Below, one piece after another: positions 18,020-28,680 of a stretch of DNA of 64,000 bases (its first letter is position 1; every line of letters starts with the position of its first letter). The stretch is taken from positions 32,001 through 96,000 of the forward strand of contig CAXVYR010000004.1 in assembly GCA_963666975.2 (NCBI GenBank). Reading direction: 5' to 3'. The notes beneath the pieces were generated by a model. It was not told the origin of the DNA. It worked only from the letters and a program-made list of their open reading frames with translations, and did no database searches. The DNA is from Terriglobia bacterium. GTDB lineage: Bacteria; Acidobacteriota; Terriglobia; 2-12-FULL-54-10. Both the position numbers and the translations under genes were made by a program.

Positions 18020-20215
18020 CTAACCGGCGGCTGGAACCGTTGCGTCCTGCTGCGCGGACCCTGCGGCTGGAAGGCGCATCGCAGGCCGCTTGTCTTTCTC
18101 TACCTCTGCCTCTGCCGGCTGTTGCTCCCGAGTCCTTCCACCGACTCGAAACCGAACCACGATCTTCCTTCCCTCCGGCAAGGGAAGGCTCGGCAAGGGA
18201 AACTGCTCATAGGCGATGCCGCTGCCTACCACCTGCAACTCCAAACCCTTTGCCAGGGATTGCTCCACGACAGCCCGGACTGTCTTCCCCAAAAAGTTGG
18301 GAACCATCCGGCTGGAATCAAGCGTCACGAGAGCGCCCGGTCGCATTCTATCCAGCGGGCCATTGTGCGTGCCCGCAGAGGGCTCCCGGGAAACGAGAGG
18401 CGTGGACGCCGCCACAGCTACAGACTCCGGCAAGCCATCTCCGGCTAGCCCCGTTCCCCGCCGCTGGGAAGGGAGAATGGATGGGGACCTCACAGGAAAA
18501 TCCGCATCCGCTGCGGCGAGGGACGGAGCTGGGACGGCCTCCCAAGGTTCGGTGGCCGGGACATTTTGGTAAGCCAGGGCTTGCTCGGCGATACGCTTGA
18601 AAATCGGCGCAGCCACATTACCCCCCCCATGCTTTTCTCCCTGGGGGGTATCGATCACGACCAGGATGGTGAATACGGGGGATTCAGCAGGGGCGAATCC
18701 GACAAAGGAAGCTACATAGTCGGTCAGGGAATAGGTGCCGGTGGCAGGATCAATTTTCTGCGCGGTGCCCGTCTTGCCGGCAGCCGAGTAACGCGCGAGC
18801 TGCGCCTCCTGTGCGGTGCCGTCGCTGACCACCTTCACCATCATGCGGCGCAAGGTGGCTGCCGTATCCTCACCGATGATCTGCCGGGAATCGCCGGCCT
18901 CGCCGTGCCGGAGGTCGCCTGCGGGAGCCTGCTCCTTTACGATGCGCGGCCGGAGCCACCGGCCTCCGTTTACGATGGCGGAGGCAGCCGACACAAGCTG
19001 GATGGGCGTGACACCGATCTCCTGCCCCATGCTGATGGAGCCGATGGATACTTTCGACCATCGCTCCGGGGGCTTGGTCAAACCACGGCTCTCGCCCGGA
19101 AGCTCGATCCCGGTAGGGCTGCCAAACCCGAAGTCCCTGAGATACCGGTGCAAGCCCTCGTCTCCCAGCCGCATCGCCAGCTTGATGATTCCTACATCGC
19201 TGGAGTATTGCAGAATCTCCCCGACATTGAGCAGCGAAAAGGGTTTGTGGTCCCGGATGGTGTGACCGGCCAGTGTGATCTGGCCCATTTGGCAATCGAT
19301 GTATTCTTCCGGATGAGCTAGTCCCTCTTCCAAAACCGCTGCCGCCGTAATGATCTTCAAGGTGGAGCCGGGTTCAAAGGCCGCGCTGACGGCCAGGTTC
19401 CGGAAAACCTCCGGGTCGGTCTCGCCATAGGTGTTGGGGTTGAAGGTGGGCCGGCTTGCCATTGCCAAAATCTCCCCTGTATGGGGGTCCTGCACGATGA
19501 CACTGCCGGAAAGGGCGCCCGTTTGCTCCATCGCCCGGTCCAGTTCGCGCTCGACAATATATTGGATATTTTCATCCAGGGTCAGAACCAGATCCTCCCC
19601 GGCTTCCGGCGGCCGGCCGGAACGGCTGAACCAGCGTTGTCGCGCATCCTTTTCAATAATCAACTTGCCGGGACGCCCCCGAATGGATTTCTCATAGCGA
19701 AGCTCGACGCCTGCCAGCCCGTTGTCGTCCATGCCGACATGGCCGAGCACATGAGCGGCCAGCTCCCGCTTGGGATAAAAACGCTTGCTCTCCTTCTGGA
19801 AATAAACGCCCTTCAAATTCAACTGACGGATGCGGTCAGCCTCCCGCGCGGAAATCTTGCGTTTGATCCAGCGGAAGAAATGCGTCCCTTGGAGTTTTCG
19901 CCCCACCTCGGCCGGGTCCAGGTCTAGAACCGGAGCCAGCAATTTTGCCGTGCTTTCCGGATTGGGAATTTCCGTGGGGACGGCGAAGACCGACTCCACC
20001 TCAATACTCATCGCCAGCGGGCGCAGGTTCCGGTCGTAAATCATGCCCCGCACGGGGCTCACTTCCACGGTGCGCTCTTGCTGCCGCCGGGCACGGCGAG
20101 TGAAAGAATCATGCTGGAGGACTTGCAAATCAACGAGACGGGCAAAAACCAGGGCAACCCACGCGAGCAGGATGGCAGGGACGATCAGAAGATGGCGTCG
20201 GGGAAGTGGCTTCAT
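18020..20215 (-). CDS. ftsI: Class B penicillin-binding protein FtsI with C-terminal PASTA-like domain
   Basis: EPGSTLK (SxxK), KTGTAQ, N-terminal TM; dcw position. Confidence 0.93.
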   Translation of the reverse strand: MKPLPRRHLLIVPAILLAWVALVFARLVDLQVLQHDSFTRRARRQQERTVEVSPVRGMIYDRNLRPLAMSIEVESVFAVPTEIPNPESTAKLLAPVLDLDPAEVGRKLQGTHFFRWIKRKISAREADRIRQLNLKGVYFQKESKRFYPKRELAAHVLGHVGMDDNGLAGVELRYEKSIRGRPGKLIIEKDARQRWFSRSGRPPEAGEDLVLTLDENIQYIVERELDRAMEQTGALSGSVIVQDPHTGEILAMASRPTFNPNTYGETDPEVFRNLAVSAAFEPGSTLKIITAAAVLEEGLAHPEEYIDCQMGQITLAGHTIRDHKPFSLLNVGEILQYSSDVGIIKLAMRLGDEGLHRYLRDFGFGSPTGIELPGESRGLTKPPERWSKVSIGSISMGQEIGVTPIQLVSAASAIVNGGRWLRPRIVKEQAPAGDLRHGEAGDSRQIIGEDTAATLRRMMVKVVSDGTAQEAQLARYSAAGKTGTAQKIDPATGTYSLTDYVASFVGFAPAESPVFTILVVIDTPQGEKHGGGNVAAPIFKRIAEQALAYQNVPATEPWEAVPAPSLAAADADFPVRSPSILPSQRRGTGLAGDGLPESVAVAASTPLVSREPSAGTHNGPLDRMRPGALVTLDSSRMVPNFLGKTVRAVVEQSLAKGLELQVVGSGIAYEQFPLPSLPLPEGRKIVVRFRVGGRTREQQPAEAEVEKDKRPAMRLPAAGSAQQDATVPAAG

Positions 20216-20343
20216 GTCCCCTGGCAGTCGAGCGTTCCAAAATAAAAGTTCGGCACGGCACTCGCCGGGAGTTTCACGCTGACTCGAATTCTTCGCGAGT
20301 TTTCTAAGCGACCCGTACGTAAAATCGCCCGTGGCAGCTATCG

Positions 20344-20775
20344 TTAAGGCACTACTACGGCAACGTTCTTTGCTTGCGGCGGAAGCGGAGCAGCCAGACG
20401 GCGGACCCTCGCCAGCACGGGAACTGCCGGCTCCAGAGAGGACGCTTCCCCGTTGACGATTTGAGCGGGAGAAAGAGCCGTCATCCCCAATTGATTACGG
20501 GCAATGGTGTCAATGCGGACAGGGTCGCCGAGGGAGGCTGCCTCCAACTGCAGTTTGCGGTTGGCTTCGAGCGTCTGCTGCTTCTCCCTCTGCAGCCTCT
20601 CGATGCGGTAGCCGTACTGCACGCATTCGAAACTTTGCCACGCGGAAAACAAAACGGTCCCAAAGCAAAAAACTGCCAGCAGGGCGATGGAAAGACATTT
20701 CCGGGCCGCATCCGGGTCCGCTACCGGCACCAGCCGGGAATTGTCAATCGGCATTACGAAATAAATTCCCCTCAT
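20344..20775 (-). CDS. ftsL: Cell division protein FtsL
   Basis: IDNSRLV, TM, coiled coil, RIDTIARNQLGM; ATGA overlap with rsmH stop. Confidence 0.85.
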   Translation of the reverse strand: MRGIYFVMPIDNSRLVPVADPDAARKCLSIALLAVFCFGTVLFSAWQSFECVQYGYRIERLQREKQQTLEANRKLQLEAASLGDPVRIDTIARNQLGMTALSPAQIVNGEASSLEPAVPVLARVRRLAAPLPPQAKNVAVVVP

Positions 20776-21716
20776 TCCACCATTCCCAAGAAACTTTTTA
20801 TTCCCTCTTCGGCTTCCGGCAGCCGTTCGGCGGCCCGCAAGCGCGCGCTGCGGGACCTTTGGTTTGCCCACACCTCGGACTGGGCCGGCCTGACGACATG
20901 GCGCGTCAGATTGCGCATTCGGCCTGCCCGGGCCCACTGCTGAAACTGCCGCTTTACAATGCGATCTTCCAATGAATGAAAACTGATGATGACTAACCTT
21001 CCTTGCGGAACCAAACACTCCGGGGCAGCTTGTAAAAATGCTTCCAGTAAGTCCAACTCCCGATTCACGGCAATCCGCAACGCTTGGAAGGTTCGCGTTG
21101 CAGGATGAATCCGTTTTCCGATTGCTCGGGACGCGGCCCGCCTGCCCCCCAGACAGGCTTCGATCAGGTCTGCCAAATGTACCGTACTCCGGATTGGCCG
21201 CGCCCGAACAATCGCTCTGGCGATTCTCTGCGACCTCCTTTCTTCTCCGAATTTGTAAATCAGGCCGGCGAGTGCGCGCTCGCCGAACCGATTTACGATT
21301 TCCCCGGCAGTGAGTCGCTCGTTCGGATTCATGCGCATATCCAGCGGTCCCTCTGCCTTCAGGCTGAAACCTCGCCCAGGAGTTTCGATCTGCATCTGTG
21401 AGTAGCCGAGGTCAGCCAATATTCCGTCCACCCCAGATAATTGGAGCCGTCGCAGGAGCTGGAGCAAGCCGGTAAAATCTTCGTTCACCAGCGTGATCTT
21501 GTGCCTGTACGGTAATAAATTCTCCCGAGCGATCTCGATTGCCATCGGGTCTTTGTCCAATGCGATCAACCGACCCGTGGTCAAATTCTTTAAAATGGCC
21601 CGGCTATGGCCTCCGGCGCCCGTCGTGGCATCCACATAGACGCCTTCGGGCCGGATGGCCAGCCATTCCACCGCTTCCCCCAACAAAACGGGGATATGAT
21701 GCATCGGCTGTGCCAT
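20772..21716 (-). CDS. rsmH: 16S rRNA m4C1402 methyltransferase
   Basis: HIPVLL, DATTGAGGHS, PLDMRM, FHSLEDR, RSRSARLR. Confidence 0.98.
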   Translation of the reverse strand: MAQPMHHIPVLLGEAVEWLAIRPEGVYVDATTGAGGHSRAILKNLTTGRLIALDKDPMAIEIARENLLPYRHKITLVNEDFTGLLQLLRRLQLSGVDGILADLGYSQMQIETPGRGFSLKAEGPLDMRMNPNERLTAGEIVNRFGERALAGLIYKFGEERRSQRIARAIVRARPIRSTVHLADLIEACLGGRRAASRAIGKRIHPATRTFQALRIAVNRELDLLEAFLQAAPECLVPQGRLVIISFHSLEDRIVKRQFQQWARAGRMRNLTRHVVRPAQSEVWANQRSRSARLRAAERLPEAEEGIKSFLGMVE

Positions 21717-21858
21717 GGGAGCATGCTCCCCACCGGAAGCGTCTCCGCTCCACCGGCTTCGTTTAATGCCTTACTTCATCCTCATCCACTTGAAAGCTTC
21801 GCAGCAAGCCCTGTCGCTCACAGGGCTCGTGCCAGGAGCTGCCAACGGAAGCTCCGGC

Positions 21859-22299
21859 TTAAATTCCCAGATCATCCAGAATGCGTTCGTCGTCCGGCGT
21901 GATCGGATTATTCTGAATCTCGGCCAGGAACCGCTCATTATTCCAAACCGTCAGATACGTCAGATTGCCCAGCACGGCCACGTCGCCTTTCATCTCTGCC
22001 GCTTCCCGCAGCACGGCCGGGATCAACAACCGGCCTTGTTTGTCCCACGTGACGACCTGCCCAAAATAATTCGCGCGGTCCAAAAATTTCCGCCTCGTCC
22101 GATTGAAGGTCGAATTCCGGGAGAGCTTCTCTTCGATCTGAGTCCATTCCTCGAGGGGATAGATCCGCACGTATTGGCCGTCCAGGCTGGTAACACAGAA
22201 CTGTTCCCCATAGGCGCTCTCCAGTTCCTCTTTGAAGGGCACTGGAATTTTCAAGCGCCCTTTCTCGTCTATTCGGGCTGGATAGTTTCCTCTCAGCAT
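21859..22299 (-). CDS. mraZ: Transcriptional regulator MraZ
   Basis: Two DxKGR/DxQGR AbrB-like repeats; head of the dcw cluster. Confidence 0.96.
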   Translation of the reverse strand: MLRGNYPARIDEKGRLKIPVPFKEELESAYGEQFCVTSLDGQYVRIYPLEEWTQIEEKLSRNSTFNRTRRKFLDRANYFGQVVTWDKQGRLLIPAVLREAAEMKGDVAVLGNLTYLTVWNNERFLAEIQNNPITPDDERILDDLGI

Positions 22300-22335
22300 A
22301 GGACAGCCGCCAGGGGGACGAAATCAAAGTTTTAT

Positions 22336-22399
22336 TCCAATTTTTTCTATTTAACTCCACTCGCACCCACTTGATACCCCATAGGCTGAATGTTGTCAA
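22336..22399 (-). promoter_or_regulatory. dcw promoter (TTGACA-17 bp-TATCAA) overlapped by roughly 10-bp-spaced GTGG-like MraZ boxes
   Basis: Minus strand TTGACA at 22399-22394, then ATGGG, GTGGG, GTGGA, ATAGA, TTGGA; resembles known MraZ autorepression repeats. Confidence 0.7.
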
Positions 22400-22563
22400 G
22401 GAAAATGTTGTTAAGAAATTCCCATGTAAGGGTGGAGTTCCCTCAGAGATGTTCCAGGTATTGTAGCTTGCCTGTCCTGGAGAGACTATATATTGGCAGT
22501 AACTGAAAGGGTACGAGGGTACAGGGTACGAGGACACGAGGCTGCGAGCGCCCTGCGCCGCCT

Positions 22564-23115
22564 TTATTTGCGGGAAGGGGTCAACATGCTTCCCAGGGGA
22601 AGCGTCGCCAAATCATTCCAACCGTTCTCCGGGGTCTGCTGCACAAGCGAGAGAGACTCCAGACGAAAGGCGCGCTCTCCGGCAAAACGGCCCCATTGGC
22701 GAGAAACATCTTCGAGCACCGCATGCATGCCGGCTTCGTCCAGTTCCTGCGCAATGGTGACGTGGGGAACATAAGGGTAAGGTTCCACGCATTCCAGCCC
22801 GCCGCAATTCAAAGCGTCGTGCAACTCAACCAGATGCTGGGACCCAAAAGAAATGGAAAGATACACAACCCCGTTGACCGGCCAGAAAGTAGCGACGCCG
22901 TCAATGCCCACCTGAAAGGGCTCCCACTGAGCACACCTTTTTTGGATTCCCTGCACGGCCTCGTTCTGCGCCGCCTGCAGCAGACGAGGCGGCAAGATCG
23001 ACACGTGCGCCAGCCAGTCAGCCAAGTTCGGATTCAGCCGCTTGCGAAAACCGTCTACGAAATCGCGCAACTCGCCAGAAAGATAGGAAACAACCGAGTA
23101 GTTCAGCTCCGACAT
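22564..23115 (-). CDS. 2H phosphoesterase (2'-5' RNA ligase/YjcG family)
   Basis: Two Hx(S/T) motifs: HVSI and YVPHVTIAQ. Confidence 0.88.
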   Translation of the reverse strand: MSELNYSVVSYLSGELRDFVDGFRKRLNPNLADWLAHVSILPPRLLQAAQNEAVQGIQKRCAQWEPFQVGIDGVATFWPVNGVVYLSISFGSQHLVELHDALNCGGLECVEPYPYVPHVTIAQELDEAGMHAVLEDVSRQWGRFAGERAFRLESLSLVQQTPENGWNDLATLPLGSMLTPSRK

Positions 23116-23440
23116 CCACCCTAGCTTATCGGATAAGGAATCCTTTCCTCAAGCAAATTTCTAAAGCAACGCCTCCGCGGGGTATGCTTTTTGCTACTCA
23201 AAATTCCCCCTCGAAAACCATTCCGCTGAACGCTTCCTAACCCACCAGGACCAGCCCGCCATAGGACTTCGCAACGAGAACAGCCCCAGGAACAATTCAG
23301 TCGACATCCACCTATAAATAATATTTATAATAACCATAATAATTATTAACTTAACAAATGACCCCATTCGGGCATTTAATTAACACGGAAGCTTTTGGCA
23401 GGTGAGGATAGCAGGAATATCTCATTGGTCCGCAACAACT

Positions 23441-23546
23441 AAAGCCGGTGTTTCGTAAACAGCGGGCAGATTATCCGGCAGCGGGTGAAGCCTGAGCCGA
23501 AAGTTCAAAAGCTGTCCGGCATCCGAAAAGCTTGCTGGCTTTTTTA
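23441..23546 (+). promoter_or_regulatory. Putative structured leader/attenuator upstream of ilvC
   Basis: Nested complementary arms ending in a T-tract about 27 nt before the ATG. Confidence 0.45.
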
Positions 23547-23572
23547 TTCTGAAAAAAAGAAGGGGCCTATAG

Positions 23573-24628
23573 ATGGAAATCTTTTATGAAAGCGATGCGC
23601 GGCCGGACCTGTTGCGCGACAAGGTAATCGCCATGCTGGGATATGGCAGCCAGGGTCACGCCCAGGCGCAGAATTTGCGGGACAGCGGATTTACCGTGGT
23701 GGTGGGGCTGGCTCCGGAAAGGCCCTCGGCCCGGCAAGCTGCTGCGGATGGCTTTGAGGTGCTGCCGGCGCCGGAGGCGGTGCGCAAGGCCGACCTGATC
23801 CAAATCCTGGCCCCGGATGAGCGCCACCGGGAGCTGTTTGAAAACGACGTGCGGCCCAACCTGAAACCCCAGGCGATCCTGATGACCTCCCACGGTTTCA
23901 GCATCCACTTCAAACAGATTGTTCCCCCGCCGACAGCCGACGTGGTGATGGTCGCGCCGAAGGGGCCGGGCCATCTGGTGCGCAGAGTGTACCAGGAGGG
24001 CCGCGGGGTGCCTTCCTTGATCGCAGTGGCGCAGGATGCCTCCGGGAAGGCGCAGGATTACGCTCTGGCCTATGCCTATGGCATCGGCAGCACGCGGGCG
24101 GGCGTGGTGAAAACCACCTTCCGGGAAGAGACGGAAACGGACCTGTTCGGCGAGCAGGCGGTGCTTTGCGGAGGGCTGACCTCTCTGATGAAGGCGGGCT
24201 TTGAAACGCTGGTTGAGGCCGGCTACCAACCGGAGATGGCTTACTTTGAATGCATCCATGAAGTGAAGCTGATCGTGGACCTCATCTACGAAGGCGGGCT
24301 GGCGCGCATGCGCGACTCCATCAGCAATACAGCCGAGTTTGGGGACCTGACGCGCGGACCGCGGCTGCTCGGCCCGGAAGTCCGGGAACGGATGAAGCAA
24401 ATCCTGATCGACATCCAGGAAGGCTCGTTCGCCAAAGAATGGATCCAGGAAAATCAGGATGGCTGCCCCAACTTCAACCGCCTGCGGGAGAAGGAAAAGA
24501 CTCATCAAGTGGAAAGCGTGGGGCAGGAACTGCGCGGCATGATGTCGTGGCTGCAAAAGAAAGAACCGGAAGCGCAGAAGGGAAAGAAGAAGGGGGAAAA
24601 GACCGAACGGACGGCGGCCCGCGCTTGA
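23573..24628 (+). CDS. ilvC: Ketol-acid reductoisomerase
   Basis: [33 protein letters not shown]. Confidence 0.98.
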   Translation: MEIFYESDARPDLLRDKVIAMLGYGSQGHAQAQNLRDSGFTVVVGLAPERPSARQAAADGFEVLPAPEAVRKADLIQILAPDERHRELFENDVRPNLKPQAILMTSHGFSIHFKQIVPPPTADVVMVAPKGPGHLVRRVYQEGRGVPSLIAVAQDASGKAQDYALAYAYGIGSTRAGVVKTTFREETETDLFGEQAVLCGGLTSLMKAGFETLVEAGYQPEMAYFECIHEVKLIVDLIYEGGLARMRDSISNTAEFGDLTRGPRLLGPEVRERMKQILIDIQEGSFAKEWIQENQDGCPNFNRLREKEKTHQVESVGQELRGMMSWLQKKEPEAQKGKKKGEKTERTAARA

Positions 24629-24720
24629 TCCGATAGCGGGCAAGCGATGGCAGCCGCGCCGATGAACGACTCAACGGCCCAGCGGAAAGAAGAAAGAAAA
24701 CGAAGAAGGAGAAATTGGTT

Positions 24721-26403
24721 ATGCCGATTACCGGAGCTCAAATAGCGCTGGAATGTTTGATGCGAGAGGGAGTGGAGGTGATCTTCGGCTACCCCGGCGG
24801 GGCCAACATCCCCATCTACGACGCCCTCTATAACAGCCGCATCCGCCATATCCTCACCCGGCACGAGCAGGGAGCCGTTTTTGCGGCGGAAGGCTACGCC
24901 CGGGCGAGCGGCCAGCCCGGCGTTTGCCTGGCCACCTCCGGCCCCGGCGCAACCAACCTGGTCACCGGCATCGCCGACGCCAAGATGGACGGCGTGCCGC
25001 TGGTCTGCATCACCGGCCAGGTGCGCCGCCCGATGATCGGCACCGACGCCTTCCAGGAAACCGACGTCGTGGGCCTCACGCTGCCCATCACCAAGTTCAA
25101 TTGCATGGTGACCCGCACCGAAGAGCTGCCGCGCCTGATGGCCCAGGCCTTTCACGTGGCTCGCTCCGGACGTCCGGGTCCCGTGCTGATCGACATCCCG
25201 GTGGATGTATCCAAAGAACAGCTCGAGACGGTGGAGTATCCCGAAACGGGGGAGTTGCCGGGATATGATCCAGAGAAGAAGGCCGGGCTCCCTCTCGATC
25301 AGGTGATCGAGATGCTGGCCTCCAGCCGCCGGCCCGTGGCGATCGTAGGAGCCGGAGCCAAGTGGGGAGGCGCCACCGCGCAGGTGCGGGAGCTGCTGGA
25401 CCGGCTGAAGCTGCCCACCGTAACCACGGTCCAAGGCCTGGGAACGGTTCCCGAAGACCGGGACTACTTCCTGGGAATGGTGGGAATGCACGGCATGCGG
25501 CAGTCCAACATTGCCGTCAGCCACTCGGATCTGCTGTTGGTGCTGGGAGCGCGCCTGGATGATCGCGTGACCGGCGACCCTTCGCGCTTTGCCAAGCATG
25601 CCAAGATTGTTCACTTTGAGATTGATCCGGCGCAGTTGAGCCGCGTGCGGCCCTGCGACCTGCCGGTGGTGGGCGATTTAAGGGACACGGCGGGCCGGAT
25701 GCTTTCCGCGCTTCCCGCTTCCTTGCCGAACTGGAGCGCGTGGCTGGAAGAGACGCGCTCGGTCCCCAACCCCCCGCCGAAGGAGAAAGTCGGCCACGGG
25801 AAGCCCTCCCCCACGCTGCTGCTCGAGATGCTGTTTGAGATGATTCATCCCGACGCGCTGGTAACCGTGGACGTCGGCCAGCACCAGATGTGGGCCGCGC
25901 AGCGCGCCTCCGGCCTCGCCCATCCCCGGCAGTTCATCACCAGCGGCGGCCTGGGTGCGATGGGTTTTGCTCTTCCGGCGGCCATCGGCGCTCAACTGGC
26001 TTATCCGCACCGCCAGGTGGTCTGCATCACCGGGGACGGCGGCTTCCAGATGAACATCCAGGAGCTGGCCACCATTCAGCGGTATTCGCTGCCGATAAAA
26101 ATACTGGTGATCGACAACAAGTACCTGGGCATGGTCCGCCAGTGGCAGCAGTTGTTCCACGACCGCCGCTACTCGGAGGTGGACCTGTATGACAATCCCG
26201 ACTTTGTCCGGATCGCCGAGGCCTACGGGATACCGGCCACGCTCATGAATTGCGGCACGGACATGGAACGCCAGTTGACGGAGTTTCTGGCGTCTCCGGG
26301 CTCGGCCCAGTTGGTGGTGGAATGCCCTGCGGAAGCCAACGTCTACCCCATGGTTGCTTCCGGAGCGTCTCTGTCGGAAATGATCCTCGAGGACAAAATA
26401 TAA
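24721..26403 (+). CDS. ilvB: Acetolactate synthase large subunit
   Basis: FGYPGGA, RHEQGA, TSGPGATN, GDGGFQM. Confidence 0.97.
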   Translation: MPITGAQIALECLMREGVEVIFGYPGGANIPIYDALYNSRIRHILTRHEQGAVFAAEGYARASGQPGVCLATSGPGATNLVTGIADAKMDGVPLVCITGQVRRPMIGTDAFQETDVVGLTLPITKFNCMVTRTEELPRLMAQAFHVARSGRPGPVLIDIPVDVSKEQLETVEYPETGELPGYDPEKKAGLPLDQVIEMLASSRRPVAIVGAGAKWGGATAQVRELLDRLKLPTVTTVQGLGTVPEDRDYFLGMVGMHGMRQSNIAVSHSDLLLVLGARLDDRVTGDPSRFAKHAKIVHFEIDPAQLSRVRPCDLPVVGDLRDTAGRMLSALPASLPNWSAWLEETRSVPNPPPKEKVGHGKPSPTLLLEMLFEMIHPDALVTVDVGQHQMWAAQRASGLAHPRQFITSGGLGAMGFALPAAIGAQLAYPHRQVVCITGDGGFQMNIQELATIQRYSLPIKILVIDNKYLGMVRQWQQLFHDRRYSEVDLYDNPDFVRIAEAYGIPATLMNCGTDMERQLTEFLASPGSAQLVVECPAEANVYPMVASGASLSEMILEDKI

Positions 26404-26765
26404 TGACCGGACTCGCCGTTTACTTTCACAACATCCCCGGCGCAATGATGCGCGTGCTGAATTGCTTTACGCGCCGGGGACTGGTGCTCCAGGCCGTCTG
26501 GTGCGCGCCGGTGGGAGAGAGCTACCGGGCAACGGTTCTGGTGGAAGCCTCCACGGCCACCATCGATCAGACGGTGAGGGAACTGGAAAGCACGGTCGGG
26601 GTGGACTCGGTCGAGCGCCTGGAGAAACCCCAAGCGGACCAGTTAGCCCGGTTGCAATCGCCCGAGGTGGTCACCGGCGAAAACGGCTCGACAGTGATTC
26701 GAGTCGCCGGACCGCCGGAAGAGAACCGCTTTCTGCTGAAGTGGCTGGGGTCGCCTTCCTCGTAG
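26403..26765 (+). CDS. Acetolactate synthase small ACT subunit (IlvM/IlvN-like)
   Basis: TAATG overlap with ilvB; NIPGAMMRVLNCFTRRG ACT signature. Confidence 0.8.
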   Translation: MTGLAVYFHNIPGAMMRVLNCFTRRGLVLQAVWCAPVGESYRATVLVEASTATIDQTVRELESTVGVDSVERLEKPQADQLARLQSPEVVTGENGSTVIRVAGPPEENRFLLKWLGSPSS

Positions 26766-26849
26766 TTTTTACCGCTATTCTTGCCTTTTCCTCCCATAAA
26801 ATTTGCTATAATCCTGCCCCAGATTTGCCTTGTTCTTTCTTGGACAGGA

Positions 26850-27069
26850 GAAAATGTGGTGGGCAGGGGCAGTCCTGTCGCCGCAATGTTCCGTGCGCCC
26901 TTGCCCAACAATGGCCGGGCTCTCAGCCCGGCGGGAAGGAAACCTGCCGAGGCCGCCGAAGACAAACACCGCCGTATCTTGGACCAGAATTTTTGATCTG
27001 AAACTTTTCGCCAGTGGTTCGATCATACGCCAGCCGCGAAGCGTTGCAATCCAGCCGCGCGAGCGGCCT
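26850..27069 (+). pseudogene. Degenerate fragment resembling the middle of the adjacent Fe-S oxidoreductase
   Basis: Reads APLPN...HRRILDQNF*SETFRQWF...AARAAF versus APLVN...HRDRLLPDFHSETFAKWF...EKAALF in 27070-28341. Confidence 0.5.
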
Positions 27070-28341
27070 TTATTTTTCCACGTCCAAACCGTAAGCCCTT
27101 GCCATAACCACAATCGGGTGGACGGGTTTTTTGCCGGTTCCCTGCTGCACTTGAATCGCCGACAAGGGACAATCGGTCACCGTGCAGGCGTCCTCGACGT
27201 TCATGAACTTGAACAACGGCTTGCCGATTTTCATGGAGGCCTCGAAGTTCTCCTTCTTCACGCTCCAACTGCCGTCGTGCCCGCTGCAGCACTGCATGCG
27301 CGAGGTGGAGGCTCCGGGAATCAGCTTCAGCAACTCCTGGGCTTTGAAGCCAATGTTCTGCGCCTTCAGGTGGCAGGGCTGATGGTAGCGAAGCTTGCCG
27401 GGCTGTTGTGAGAAGTTCAGGTCGAGCTTGCCGTCCTTGTGGACCTGCATGAGGTATTCAGAGAGGTCATACGTATTTTCGGCAACCAGCCGGGAATCCT
27501 CCGTTGGCAAAAAGACCGGATAATCTTTTTTGAGCATGTAGCTGCAACTTGCGCTGGGCACCACGATTTTGTATCCCTGCCGCACGAGCTGGCTCAGGAC
27601 AGCCACGTTCGATTCGATTTTCTTCATGGCGCGGTCCACCAAGCCGCCATCCAGAAACGGAAGCCCGCAGCACTGCTGGCTGGGGACAACGTACTCGATC
27701 CCGTTCTTTTCCAAAACGCCGACGGTCGCTTGGCCGATCTGCGGCTCGTTGTAGTTCACCGTGCAGGTGTAAAACAAGGCTGCCTTTTCCCCTGCGTTGC
27801 TATTCGAGGCAGCCGGGCGGGGAGAGCGTTTTCGGAACCACTTGGCGAAGGTCTCGGAATGGAAGTCGGGCAGCAGGCGGTCGCGGTGGATGCCCAGGAA
27901 TTTTTCCATCCAGCCGCGCAGCGCAGGGTTCCGGTTGGCCCAGTTGACGAGCGGCGCCGCCATGCTGGAGAGGCTTCCCACACGGTCGGTGTCTCCGAAC
28001 ATCCTGTCGGCAAAGCTGACACCTTTTTGCTTCGCCTCCACGAGGTTGGCGCGCATCATCGTTCGGGGAAAGTCGATCTCCCACTCATGAGGAGGAACGT
28101 AAGGACAGATGGAGTAGCACAGCTTGCATTGGTAGCAGAGTTCGACGACTTTCTTTACTTGCGTGTCATCCAGCCGGTCTACCTCGCCGAAGTTTTCGTC
28201 CACCCATTGGAACAAATTCACGAAGGAGGGGCAGTAGGTCTCGCATACGCGGCATCCGTGGCAGACGTCGAATACGCGGAGCAGCTCCTTGCGGGTCGCT
28301 TGCGGGTCCCAAAACTCGGTTGATTTCAGATCAAAGTTCAT
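27070..28341 (-). CDS. GlpC/heterodisulfide-reductase-type Fe-S oxidoreductase
   Basis: Two CxxCxxCxxxCP motifs plus two CCG-type domains. Confidence 0.9.
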   Translation of the reverse strand: MNFDLKSTEFWDPQATRKELLRVFDVCHGCRVCETYCPSFVNLFQWVDENFGEVDRLDDTQVKKVVELCYQCKLCYSICPYVPPHEWEIDFPRTMMRANLVEAKQKGVSFADRMFGDTDRVGSLSSMAAPLVNWANRNPALRGWMEKFLGIHRDRLLPDFHSETFAKWFRKRSPRPAASNSNAGEKAALFYTCTVNYNEPQIGQATVGVLEKNGIEYVVPSQQCCGLPFLDGGLVDRAMKKIESNVAVLSQLVRQGYKIVVPSASCSYMLKKDYPVFLPTEDSRLVAENTYDLSEYLMQVHKDGKLDLNFSQQPGKLRYHQPCHLKAQNIGFKAQELLKLIPGASTSRMQCCSGHDGSWSVKKENFEASMKIGKPLFKFMNVEDACTVTDCPLSAIQVQQGTGKKPVHPIVVMARAYGLDVEK

Positions 28342-28680
28342 CCGGTTTCTTACCTTCCCATTCGGTGACTCCCCCTGGTGGTGTGTGTGTTGCCGCCGGC
28401 AGTTTCACGTTTTTCCGCCGCTCTCACCGGGTTGCGCCCTGGCGCGAAATTGGTCTGCGCAGCAGCCGGCGGCATGGAATGAACGAAGCTGGAATCTTAA
28501 CCTTCTCCTTGCGAAGAGTAAACTGCGAGTTGGGGAACAGCGCCCGCCCGCTTGCAGGGGACATCCGATGCGGGTAGAATTCCCTGGTCGATTTGCCAGT
28601 CCAGGTGTCCGGGCAGCTTTTCCCTGTTGCCTGTATGAGCTGGCCTGATACAGATTCCATTCCATACAGGAGAAAAAGTC

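Noticed and set aside
23313-23385. Ile-rich reading IIFIITIIII upstream of ilvC as an attenuator peptide
   Set aside because: Directly preceded by an in-frame TAA, with no start codon or RBS; likely an AT-rich promoter region
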